Of a DNA stretch of 64,000 nt, positions 32,859 through 42,331 are shown in pieces. Location of the stretch: the NCBI GenBank assembly GCA_963817955.1, contig CAWFQK010000002.1:832001-896000 (forward strand). The letters are read 5' to 3'. The notes below the pieces were generated by a model. That model was not told the DNA's origin. It was given only the letters and a program-made list of their open reading frames with translations, and did no database searches. Numbering within the stretch: the first letter of the stretch is position 1; the number at the start of each line of letters is the position of its first letter. Source of the stretch: an uncultured Gemmatimonadaceae bacterium (GTDB lineage: Bacteria; Gemmatimonadota; Gemmatimonadetes; Gemmatimonadales; Gemmatimonadaceae). The position numbers and the translations under genes are program-made.

Positions 32859-34241
32859 ATGCCGAGCGTTCTGATCATCGACGACGAGCCGAACATCCGG
32901 CGTATGGTAGGCGCGCTGCTGAGCGCTGAAGGTTACGAGGTGCGGGACGCACAGGACGGTGCCTCCGGGCTGGCGCGTGCCATGGAAGCCGAGCCCGACG
33001 TGTTGTTGCTCGATCTGATGATGCCCGGTGGGCTCGATGGAATGGCGACGCTGGCGCGGATGCGCGAATCGCACCCCGACGTGCCCGTGGTGATGATGAG
33101 CGGACGCGCGGGACTGAGCGACGCCGTGAAGGCGACCAAGCTCGGCGCGTTCAATTTTCTCGAAAAGCCGTTGAGTCCCGAGGGCGTGCTGCTCGCCTTG
33201 TCGTCGGCGATGGAGCTGCGCCTGGCGCGCCGCGAAGCGAAAGCGCTGCGCGCCGATCTCGGATTGAGCGGCGAGATGATCGGCGATAGTCCGGCGCTGA
33301 TGCAAGTGCGCGCAATGATCGACCGCGTGGCGCCCACGGACGCGCGGGTCCTGATCACGGGCGAGTCGGGAACGGGTAAGGAGTTGGTGGCCGCGGCGAT
33401 CCACGCCGGCAGTCCGCGGCGCGACCGGCCGTTCGTTCGCGTGAACTGCGCGGCGATCCCGCGCGATCTCGTGGAGAGTGAGATGTTCGGGCATGAGCGC
33501 GGCGCATTCACCGGGGCGACCGATCGCCGCATCGGACGGTTCGAGCTGGCGAACCGCGGCACGCTGCTGCTCGACGAAGTGGGCGACCTCGGCGCGGAAG
33601 CCCAGGCCAAGCTGTTGCGGGCGATCGAGGCGAAGGAAATCGAACGCGTGGGCGGTGGCAAGCCAATCCGCGTCGACGTGCGCATCATCTCGGCGACGAA
33701 CAAGGACCTGTCGCGCGCGGTGCTCGACGGCAGCTTTCGCGACGATCTGCTCTTCCGTCTCAATGTCATTCCAATTCCCCTGCCGCCGCTACGCGAGCGT
33801 CCCGGGGACATTCCAGCCCTCGTGCGCCATTTTTCGGTGCTGCACAGGATGCGCACCGGCCAACCGCTGCCGGCGTGGAGTGATGAGGCGATCAACGCCC
33901 TCACGCGCTACGGTTGGCCGGGAAATGTCCGGGAGTTGGCGAACATCGTGGAACGCCTGGCAATCCTGTACCCAGGGCGCGTCGTGACGGACGAGGATGT
34001 AGCCGCCGTCTTGCCGATCGGCAACGCTGCGCGGCCGAGTACGGTCGTGTCCCTTCCGAATCCCGAGTTGCTCGATCATTCGCTCAGTGACACACTCGAC
34101 GAGTACGAGCGTGTGCTCATATCGCGCGCGCTGTCGACGACGAGCGGCAACGTGGCTGAAGCGGCGCGTCGGCTGAAGACCGATCGACCTAACCTCTATC
34201 GCCGCATGCGGCGGCTGGGCATTCCAGTCGGCAATGACTGA
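32859..34241 (+). CDS. Sigma54-dependent response regulator (NtrC/NtrX family)
   Basis: REC domain, GESGTGKE, GAFTGA, WPGNVREL, Fis HTH. Confidence 0.95.
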   Translation: MPSVLIIDDEPNIRRMVGALLSAEGYEVRDAQDGASGLARAMEAEPDVLLLDLMMPGGLDGMATLARMRESHPDVPVVMMSGRAGLSDAVKATKLGAFNFLEKPLSPEGVLLALSSAMELRLARREAKALRADLGLSGEMIGDSPALMQVRAMIDRVAPTDARVLITGESGTGKELVAAAIHAGSPRRDRPFVRVNCAAIPRDLVESEMFGHERGAFTGATDRRIGRFELANRGTLLLDEVGDLGAEAQAKLLRAIEAKEIERVGGGKPIRVDVRIISATNKDLSRAVLDGSFRDDLLFRLNVIPIPLPPLRERPGDIPALVRHFSVLHRMRTGQPLPAWSDEAINALTRYGWPGNVRELANIVERLAILYPGRVVTDEDVAAVLPIGNAARPSTVVSLPNPELLDHSLSDTLDEYERVLISRALSTTSGNVAEAARRLKTDRPNLYRRMRRLGIPVGND

Positions 34242-34273
34242 GGTTGCCCTCGACCATTCTTTAGGGAGTGCAC

Positions 34274-35983
34274 ATGCGTAGGATTGTGATCGCGCTGTTC
34301 CTGGCGATGTCGGCGGCGGCGGTCGGTGCGCAAGCCCAGCCGTCCGATCGGCAGCGATTGCCGCGCGAGATAGAGCAGGAAGTGGTGAGCAGGTGGAACA
34401 ACCCCGTCGCGCTCCGTGCGTCCGACCGTCTGGAGATTGCTGCGGGACGTGAGGTACGCGGCGACATCGCGGTGTTGCACGGGCCGCTGTTCATCGCCGG
34501 ACATGTCACGGGAAATGTGCTCGCGATCAACGCCGATGTGCTGCTCGAACGGAGCGCACGCATCGACGGCAATCTGCTCGTGGTTGGAGGGGAGATCGAG
34601 GGGCGTGGGATTGCGCGCGTCGATGGATCGATCCGCATCTACCGGCAGGCGCTCGCCTATCGTGAAGAGGGCGAGCAGATCGCTGCGGCAGATGATCAGG
34701 CGGAGAGCAGCGACAATTGGTGGCAACGATTCGAGCGCGAGCAGGAGCAAAGCTGGAGAGACGTGCTGCGCGTGGCGCAGGCGGGCCCGTACAATCGTGT
34801 GGAAGGTTTGCCGATCCAGATGGGACCGGCATTCTACCGCCGGACGTCGTGGGGAAGCGCGCGTTTTTCTGCGGCTGGTGTGCTGCGCACCGGCAGCAGT
34901 TTTTCCGGAGCCGGAGACATCGGTCACGACGTGAGCGCGGAGGTGCGACGCGGGCACGACAGTGGTATTGGCGTTGGCGGGCGACTGTTCAACGTCGTCC
35001 AGCCTGTGGAGCAGTGGCAGATGTCGAATCTCGAGGTGGCCCTGGCGTCCTTCCTGTTCCGACGCGATTACCGCGACTACTTCCAGCGGCACGGCGGCGA
35101 CGCGTTCGTGCGCTTGTATGGCTCGGGCGATCTCACGTTCACCGGTACGTTCGGTGAGGAGCGCTGGGCGTCGCGCAAGGCAATGAATCCGTTCACGATG
35201 TTCAATGCTGACGACCCGTGGCGCGCGAATCCGGGAGTGGACGAGGGGCTATTCCACATCGGTAGCGCGGCGCTGAACTTCGACACGCGCACGGACCCGG
35301 ACGATCCGTGGTCTGGCTGGTTCGTGAGCGCCGACGTGGAACACGGGCGTGGGACTGTGGTTCGCTCACCCATGCCCAGCGGCATCGTGTCGGCGGCAGG
35401 CGCCAGCGGCCCAACCGAGTACACGCGTGGGTTCTTTGACGTGCGCCGCTACAACCGCCTTGGCCCCGATGCGCAGTTCAACATGCGCGTGGTACTTGGC
35501 GGCTGGCTTGGCGGCGACCCGCTGCCGCTCGAGCGCCGGCTTTCCGTGGATGGACCGGGTGCATTGCCCGGCTTCGACTTCCGCAACATGGACGCACAGC
35601 CGGACGTTGCGACATGCAACACGTTTGCGTTCGGGATAGACCTCGCGACGCGCTGTGAACGTATTGCGTTGGCGCAAGTCGAGTACCGCGGCGATTTGCG
35701 CATGGACTTCACGAGTGGCTGGCGCGGCTTCCCACGCAGCTATCACACCGGACACGGTGGCGCTGCCTGGGTGTTGTTTGCCGACGCAGGCCGCGGCTGG
35801 ATCGTGGGTCCTTCCGACGGAACGCTGACATATGGGCGCAGTACGCTGCCTCCTTTGTCAAGTTATCGATCGGATATCGGTGGCGGTCTCGATTTCGGGG
35901 GGCTCGGATTCTACGCGGCCAAGGCCCTGTCCCCTGCGTCGCCGCCGGTGAATTTCTTCGTCAGACTCCGGCATCGCTTCTGA
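34274..35983 (+). CDS. Secreted/outer-membrane protein (beta-helix-like N-terminus, BamA/TamA-like barrel)
   Basis: Signal peptide, GDIAV/GNVLA repeats, YNRVEG, FADAG, C-terminal Phe. Confidence 0.7.
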   Translation: MRRIVIALFLAMSAAAVGAQAQPSDRQRLPREIEQEVVSRWNNPVALRASDRLEIAAGREVRGDIAVLHGPLFIAGHVTGNVLAINADVLLERSARIDGNLLVVGGEIEGRGIARVDGSIRIYRQALAYREEGEQIAAADDQAESSDNWWQRFEREQEQSWRDVLRVAQAGPYNRVEGLPIQMGPAFYRRTSWGSARFSAAGVLRTGSSFSGAGDIGHDVSAEVRRGHDSGIGVGGRLFNVVQPVEQWQMSNLEVALASFLFRRDYRDYFQRHGGDAFVRLYGSGDLTFTGTFGEERWASRKAMNPFTMFNADDPWRANPGVDEGLFHIGSAALNFDTRTDPDDPWSGWFVSADVEHGRGTVVRSPMPSGIVSAAGASGPTEYTRGFFDVRRYNRLGPDAQFNMRVVLGGWLGGDPLPLERRLSVDGPGALPGFDFRNMDAQPDVATCNTFAFGIDLATRCERIALAQVEYRGDLRMDFTSGWRGFPRSYHTGHGGAAWVLFADAGRGWIVGPSDGTLTYGRSTLPPLSSYRSDIGGGLDFGGLGFYAAKALSPASPPVNFFVRLRHRF

Positions 35984-35985
35984 TC

Positions 35986-36612
35986 ATGCGATTCGTCTGG
36001 ACGCTCGCGGCACTATTGTGGGCAGCGCCACTCCTGGCGCAGCGCGACCGCGTGCAGCTGGACATCTCGGTCGACCCAGCCGCGGCGCTGCAGGAAGGAC
36101 CGATCATTGTGACGAGCAATCTGCTCGCCGACAGCAAGACACGGGAGCTCCTGCGCACCTTTCCCGCGCGGATTCACTATCGGGTGGAATTGTGGCGGAA
36201 GGGCGGGTGGTTCGACGAACCAAGCGGTCGCACCGAATGGGATGTGCTCGTCCAATACGATCCGACACTGCAGATCTACAACGTGATCCGGACACTGGGC
36301 GATCAGATGCTCGAGAATTTCGGCGGCTTCGCCACGCTGACCGCGGCGGAGGCGCAGTTCAGCCGCCCCTTCCGAGCGCCGCTGCACCCGAGCCGGTCGG
36401 GGCGGTATTACTACAACCTGATTGTCGACGTCCAAACATTGTCGGAGAGCGACCTCGGCGCGTTACAGGAATGGCTGCGCGGCCCTTCGGCCCCTGGAAA
36501 GAGCAACCCGCTCACCGCGCTTCGCAGCGGGCTCGGCACGTTGCTCACGCGAGTCCTGGGCGGAGACAAGCGGCATTACGAGACGCGCTCGGAGGTGTTC
36601 CGGATTCAGTGA
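35986..36612 (+). CDS. Secreted hypothetical protein (DUF4390-like)
   Basis: Signal peptide; operonic position; ELWRKGGWFD. Confidence 0.65.
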   Translation: MRFVWTLAALLWAAPLLAQRDRVQLDISVDPAAALQEGPIIVTSNLLADSKTRELLRTFPARIHYRVELWRKGGWFDEPSGRTEWDVLVQYDPTLQIYNVIRTLGDQMLENFGGFATLTAAEAQFSRPFRAPLHPSRSGRYYYNLIVDVQTLSESDLGALQEWLRGPSAPGKSNPLTALRSGLGTLLTRVLGGDKRHYETRSEVFRIQ

Positions 36613-36654
36613 GTGCGCGTGCCAGGCCTGATGCCGGCCGCGCACGTCAAAACA

Positions 36655-37239
36655 CTAGCGAGCTGTGCGGACGTTCCGATCTTCGAGCTGCTCGAGATGG
36701 TGCAGCACGTCGCTGCCGTAAAACGTCCGGATATAGCGCGCCTGCGTTGGCGTGAGACGGCGAACCGCCCAGCTCAAGTGTACGAAATGCGGCTCGACCG
36801 GATGCGTGAGTGGATGCATGCCGATCTCATCGGGCAACCGATTTCCCTTACGCGTGTTGCACGGGCTGCACGCCGCAACGACGTTCGTCCACTCGTTGCT
36901 TCCGCCACGCGACAGCGGGATGAGGTGATCGCGCGTGAGCGCCTCTCGCGGCTTGAACTCGGTCATGTGCCGACCACAGTACTGACAGCGGTACTGATCG
37001 CGCGCGAACAGGAACGTGTTCGTCACCTGGCGCCGGAAACGCCGGGGGACGTGAATGAACTTGGTGAGACGAATCACTGCCGGACGCGGCATAGTGAGAC
37101 GCTCCGAGCGCACGACCCGGTCTTGATCCGCCTCGACGATCTCGGCTTTGCCATCGATCACGAGGCGAAGGGCCCGGCGCATGGGGACCATCGTCAGCGG
37201 TTCGTAAGACGCGTTCAGTGCCAGGCAACCGAGGACCAC
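36655..37239 (-). CDS. HNH endonuclease
   Basis: GGAGG RBS; LNASYEPL, RDQYRCQYCG, DHLIPLSRGG, CSPCNTRKG. Confidence 0.92.
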   Translation of the reverse strand: MVLGCLALNASYEPLTMVPMRRALRLVIDGKAEIVEADQDRVVRSERLTMPRPAVIRLTKFIHVPRRFRRQVTNTFLFARDQYRCQYCGRHMTEFKPREALTRDHLIPLSRGGSNEWTNVVAACSPCNTRKGNRLPDEIGMHPLTHPVEPHFVHLSWAVRRLTPTQARYIRTFYGSDVLHHLEQLEDRNVRTAR

Positions 37240-37422
37240 GCACACCTCCGAGGGCCGGTACACAAACTCCCGCCAGAAACGTCAGGCGCGAGCAGGAACG
37301 GGCAGAGTGCGCCACGTCCCACGGCGTGCCGAAGCACGCGTCGGAAGGTTCTACACATCAAAGCTATTCCGGTGTCACGTAGGCGACAAGTTACTGTCCC
37401 CATCGAGCGCATTGCGACTGAC

Positions 37423-38179
37423 TCAAGTACTCGTCCGCGAACCGTGGCGCCGCGGATCGTAGAGCTCCTCGTCGGCCACGCCAATCGTCCGCGCCAGGGT
37501 GAGCGGGTGCGTGATGCGTGCCACCTGCTCCAGCGTGTGCCCATCCGAGCCCAGCGAGATTCGCAAGCCGCGATCGACAGCGCGACGAACGATGCGCTCG
37601 TGCGGCGGATAGCGCGAAGAGATCTCGAACGCAATTCCGGCAGCGAACAACGCGTCGATCATGCGCGCCTCGTGCTCCTCCGTCCACAACTCGTCGATCG
37701 GGCAGGCCGCGGAATGGCAGCGTGACGAGCGTGGGATGCGCCAGAATGTCCACTGGCATCTCGCGAGCAAACTGCTCGAGTGTCTCGAGGTGTGCGCGCA
37801 TGTAACGCTCCACCGTGAGTCCGCCGGGGAGATGATGTGAGAAAGCATGGACCAGCCTGTCGTCGGGCAACCGGACCGCATGGAGCGATCCGACCCGGTG
37901 CGTGAAGCGGCGCACGAGATCGTCAGGGAGCTCGCGCCAGAGTGGGTCGTGCCAGCAGAACTCGCCTCCACGCAGCACCTCGTGTCGCTCCAGCTCGTCG
38001 AGGTACGTGATGACGTCCTCAACGCTGGTGATGCTGCGAGCGACGTCGCGCGAGATGTGGTCGGCGACAGACGGGACCACACCCAATGCGGCTCCGCGCT
38101 CGACCACCTGTGCCACGGTGATCGCGCCGTCGGAAAATGTCGTATGCGCGTGGCAGTCGACGGGCTGCCAGGTGGTCAT
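37423..38179 (-). pseudogene. PHP-domain protein with a single +1 frameshift near 37701
   Basis: DCHAHTTFSDG...ILAHPT in one frame; IDELWTEE...FEISSRY...LGSDGH in the next frame. Confidence 0.8.
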
Positions 38180-38401
38180 TTCTATGTGCTCGGCTAACGG
38201 GTGCGAGGGGATGACCGTGCGCGTGCGACGGCGCGTGCGACGTGCAAACTATGATACCGGCCGTGCGTTGGCGATGGGAATGCGTCGGAGAGACGGAACG
38301 CGGGACGCGGGACAACGCGTTTTCGGCCAACGACCAAAGTCGAAAGACCAGCAGCCGTGGGCGATCGACCGGCCGTTGGCTGATGGCTGATGGCCTCCTG
38401 G

Positions 38402-38550
38402 TGATTCTTTCACTGCCTCCGCTGCTGCGGCGATCTGCATGATCAAATTGGTCGGCGGGCCGCCGTCGATCAGCACAGCCTCGTGCCACCGGACGCTTCG
38501 GCGGAGCGTCTCCAATGTCTTGCCTTCACGGTATTTCGTATGGCCTCCAC
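38402..38550 (-). pseudogene. Remnant of an uncharacterised helical protein family
   Basis: GGAGG RBS then ACG (possible mutated ATG) KYREGKTLETLRRS..., similar to MKYHEGSMRQALRRI at 56805. Confidence 0.45.
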
Positions 38551-38641
38551 CTGGCGACGGGGACGCTGAATAAGAACTACACCCCGGCGAGCGCCGCACG
38601 CGCCGGAGTGAAGAGCGAGCAACAGGCGTGCGACGTGTCGC

Positions 38642-39796
38642 GATTGCCGTCGGAAGCGACCGAATGGTCGTCGGAAGCGACCGAATGGTCGTCGGAAGCG
38701 ACCGAATGGTCGTCGGGAGTGACCGAATGGTCGTCGGAACCGACGGAGTCGTCTTCGGAAGAGTTGGAGTCGCGTTCAGACCAGTCGGTGTCTGCGTGAG
38801 AAGCGGTGGTCTTGCCTGTCACGCGAGGAGTCCGTCCTCGACACGACGGCCTGCGAGCTTCACGATCGGGCGTGGCGCCTGCACAAGAGACGATTCCATC
38901 GGCTACGTCAGCCATCCCTGCTGTTACGTCAGCCATTCCTGCTGAACGCGAGCGACTGGGTCGTGCACGCCGATCCATTGGCTGTGGACGCGGACCCATT
39001 CCACGTTGACACGAGTCTATTCCACGTCGACACAGGTGACTCCCTCGTGGCATTGCGACAGAGAGGCCTCAACGCCGGAGAGTCTGAGGTTGACGGCGAC
39101 GACTCCTCGCGTGACTCCCGTTGATCCCTCCGGTACGGCGTGCAGTTGGTGGTGAGCACGCGGGCATCCGAGCTGAACGAGCCGCGAAGCCTCCTGCACG
39201 GCCGCGAGTCCGATGGTGACTGCGAGGGGTTCGTGCTTGCACACAAGAGATTCGTGCTTGCGCGCGAGACGTTCGTGTTTGACCGCGCGCCGTGCCATCT
39301 CACCACGGGCGAGTCACCCCTCGACGCGCGTGGGTTCCACCTCAACCGGAAGGACTCCGCCCTGACCGAGACGCACTCTCAGGTGGACGTCATGGCATCC
39401 CAGCGAACGAAGCGGACATTGCCGGTGGACGCGCGGGAGAGGCTGGTGAACGCGCGGGAGAGGCGTGTTGACGAGAAACGGTCAGGTGTGGCGCGAGCGG
39501 CATTCGGGCTCGACACCGGGGTGTTCCATCTTGACCGGAGTGACTCCGCCCTGAACAGCGGCTAGTGCGAGCTGGATGCGCGGGAGTCCCTGCTCGATCG
39601 GCGCTCATTCGGTCTCGACCGCGAGGACTTCCACCTGCACACGCGTCAATTCGGTCTCGACCGCGAGGGATTCCACCTGCACACGCATCAATTCGGTCTC
39701 GACCGCGAGAGATTCCCTATGAGCGGGCGGGGATCCCACCTGAACACGCGGGCATCCCCTCTGCACGCCGACCGATCCCTTCTCGGCACAGAGATC
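38642..39796. repeat. Degenerate 21-bp periodic array, ~55 units in unbroken register
   Basis: e.g. GTCGGAAGCGACCGAATGGTC x3; alternating TTCGGTCTCGACCGCGAGGRM / TTCCACCTGCACACGCRTCAA. Confidence 0.85.
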
Positions 39797-39841
39797 CTTC
39801 GCTCCGCTCAGGATGACAAAGTACTGCAGTTCTCTGCGTTT
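39791..39841. repeat. REP-like palindrome plus a single GCAGTTCTCTGCGTT arm fragment
   Basis: GAGATCCTTCGCTCCGCTCAGGATGACAAA followed by CTGCAGTTCTCTGCGTTT. Confidence 0.75.
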
Positions 39842-39894
39842 CAAAAAACGCCGCGCCATCGTCCCCCAAAATCACACGCAACCCCCCGAAGCCC

Positions 39895-42297
39895 CTAAAT
39901 CGTATCTGGCCGAACTTTGGGCGGCCGGGTGCGCGATGTGTCCGGCCGCCGGGTGCGCGATGTGTCCGGAGGCCGCAGCGTGTCTCGCGGCCGCGAGATG
40001 CGCATGGTGACGGAGTCACGCGGAGGCAGCACGAAGATCGAACTGTCGTTGAATCGGCGTGCGGAGTCGGCTTGTTGCCGCCGCGTCGGCCGGATAGGGG
40101 ACGGCAGGCCGGGGACAACGACGTTCGCGCCTGTTCCACCCGTGGTGTCGTACCGTTGAACTGGCGGCGGGTAGACACCCGATGTATCAGCGGGATACAG
40201 CGTCGCTCCGGTGTGGACGTTACACGGCTGAATGGGTTCCGTACCCGGTAGGTAGAACTCGTTGGCGACCACGTTGCGCGGGCAATACGGCGTCGCCAAC
40301 ATGTTGGTCGTGACGTCGATCTGGCGCACCACGATGTCGCCAGGCATGGGCCAATCGGCAGGCGCGGGCTTCCGCGTGTAGACCTCGTTCATGAACGCGG
40401 TCCACGCCGGCGCGGCGAGAATACCGCCTTGCGCATTCGATTTGATTTTTTGCGGCTTGTCGAAGCCCATCCACACGCCGGCGACGAGATCCGGCGTGTA
40501 GCCAATGAACCAGACGTCCGTCCCATCGTTCGTCGTTCCAGTCTTTCCGCCCGCCGGATAGTGGAACTGCGAGCCGACGCTTCCCGCCGCAGTGCCCCGT
40601 TGCACGACATCCTTCATCACGCTCACCATGAGCCAGGCTTCCTCGGGCGACAGGACGGGCGCGGTGGTCGGCTGCGGCTCCCAGAGGATGTTGCCCTTCT
40701 GATCCTCGACGCGTGTGATGGCCATCGGCTCGGCGCGGGTGCCGAGGGACGCGAAGGCCGTGTAGGCCGCCACCAGTTCCACGGGATAGACATCCGCCGC
40801 ACCGATGAAGATCGAGGGATAACCGGGAATTGGCGTGGTGAGGCCGAACGCCCGGGCCTCGTCGATCACGCTCTGCGTGCCGAGCTCGAGGCCCAATCGG
40901 ATAGTCGGCACGTTGCGCGACTGATAGAGCGCGCGCCGCATGGGGATCTTGCCAACGAAATCACCTTCGAAGTTCTGCGGGGTCCAGGTGGCGTTTCCCG
41001 CCAACTGCACGGTGAGCGGCGAATCGTCGAGCAGGTACGACAGCGGACGTCCGTTGTGAATGGCATCGGCGTAGACAATTGGCTTGAACGTCGATCCCGG
41101 CTGTCGCACCGCCTGCACGGCACGGTCGAACTTGCTGTCGTTGAAGTCACGGCCGCCGACAAGCGCGCGCACGGCACCGGTGCGCGGGTCCATGGCGATG
41201 AATGCGTCCTGGAGGTATGGAGAGTTTGGCGAATCGTTCGGCTCGGTGTCGCTCGTGCGCGCCATGTACCGCTCGTACGACATGTGCGGATACGCGCCGT
41301 AGCGGCCCGCCTCGATGGCGCGAGCTTGCCGCTCGAGACTCCGCTCGGCCGCACCTTGCAGGTCGAGGTCGAGCGTCGTGTAGACCTTCAGGCCCTGCAG
41401 GTAGAGCTGCTTGCCGAACTTTTCATCGAGTTGCTGGCGAATCCACTCCACGAAATACGGCGCCGTCTGCCCCGCGTCCACGCGCGTCGCAAGCCTGAGC
41501 GGATAGGCCTGTGCTTCCCGCGCGTCGGTGGCGCTGACGATACCGGCATCGCGCATGAGGCCGATGACGACATTCCGCCGCTGTATGGCGCGGTCGGGAA
41601 AGAGACGCGGATTGTACCGCTCGGGACCTTTCGGCAACGCGGCGAGGGTCGCCGCTTCCGCCACGTTCAGCTGCTTGAGTGATTTGCCAAAGTACCGCTG
41701 CGCCGCGGTCTCGACGCCATACGCGCCGTTGCCGAGATAGATCTGATTGAGATACAACTCGAGAATCTTGTCCTTGGAGTACTCCTGCTCGATCGCGCGC
41801 GCGACCTTCGCCTCCTTGAGCTTGCGAATGAGCGTTTTGTCGCGGGACAGGCGTTCGGGGAAGATGTTTCGTGCAAGCTGCATGGTGATCGTCGAGAACC
41901 CTTCACTGAAATTCCGGTTCTTGAGATCGGTGAGCGCTGCCCGCGGCACGCTCCGCCAGTCGACCCCGGAATGCTGGTAGAAGCGCTTGTCTTCGGTGAC
42001 GATGAAGGCGTTCCGAACGAGCGGAGGAATGTCGGCAATCTTGGCGAGCGTGCGCCGCTCGAGGCCGATTTCGGCGACGAATCGTCCGTCCGCAGCGTAG
42101 AGCTTGGACGTCTGGCGCGGCTCGTAATCCTTGAGTGCGTCTACCGCAGGACACCGGCCGGCGCGGCAGACCATGGCCCAGCTCGCGTACCCGAACCCGG
42201 CGGAGAACGCCCCGATGAAACACAACAGGAGCAGCAGTCCGCGCGACGCCCGTGGGTGTCGCTGCGTGAACTGCTTGGTAAACGGAATCGTGGGCAT
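39895..42297 (-). CDS. Penicillin-binding protein 1A (class A PBP)
   Basis: EDKRFYQH, GFSTITMQL, RKLKE, SxxK (GSTFKP), SRN, KTG. Confidence 0.95.
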   Translation of the reverse strand: MPTIPFTKQFTQRHPRASRGLLLLLCFIGAFSAGFGYASWAMVCRAGRCPAVDALKDYEPRQTSKLYAADGRFVAEIGLERRTLAKIADIPPLVRNAFIVTEDKRFYQHSGVDWRSVPRAALTDLKNRNFSEGFSTITMQLARNIFPERLSRDKTLIRKLKEAKVARAIEQEYSKDKILELYLNQIYLGNGAYGVETAAQRYFGKSLKQLNVAEAATLAALPKGPERYNPRLFPDRAIQRRNVVIGLMRDAGIVSATDAREAQAYPLRLATRVDAGQTAPYFVEWIRQQLDEKFGKQLYLQGLKVYTTLDLDLQGAAERSLERQARAIEAGRYGAYPHMSYERYMARTSDTEPNDSPNSPYLQDAFIAMDPRTGAVRALVGGRDFNDSKFDRAVQAVRQPGSTFKPIVYADAIHNGRPLSYLLDDSPLTVQLAGNATWTPQNFEGDFVGKIPMRRALYQSRNVPTIRLGLELGTQSVIDEARAFGLTTPIPGYPSIFIGAADVYPVELVAAYTAFASLGTRAEPMAITRVEDQKGNILWEPQPTTAPVLSPEEAWLMVSVMKDVVQRGTAAGSVGSQFHYPAGGKTGTTNDGTDVWFIGYTPDLVAGVWMGFDKPQKIKSNAQGGILAAPAWTAFMNEVYTRKPAPADWPMPGDIVVRQIDVTTNMLATPYCPRNVVANEFYLPGTEPIQPCNVHTGATLYPADTSGVYPPPVQRYDTTGGTGANVVVPGLPSPIRPTRRQQADSARRFNDSSIFVLPPRDSVTMRISRPRDTLRPPDTSRTRRPDTSRTRPPKVRPDTI

Positions 42298-42331
42298 ATG
42301 AGTTCATTCCCCTGTCGTCTAATTTTGTGCC

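Noticed and set aside
38642..39796. Diversity-generating retroelement or CRISPR origin for the 21-mer array
   Set aside because: No reverse transcriptase, no TR/VR pair with adenine-specific differences, and no repeat-spacer alternation.
39915..39975. 24-bp repeat near the PBP1A 3' end
   Set aside because: Encodes a low-complexity RPxDTSRT tail; ordinary coding repeat.
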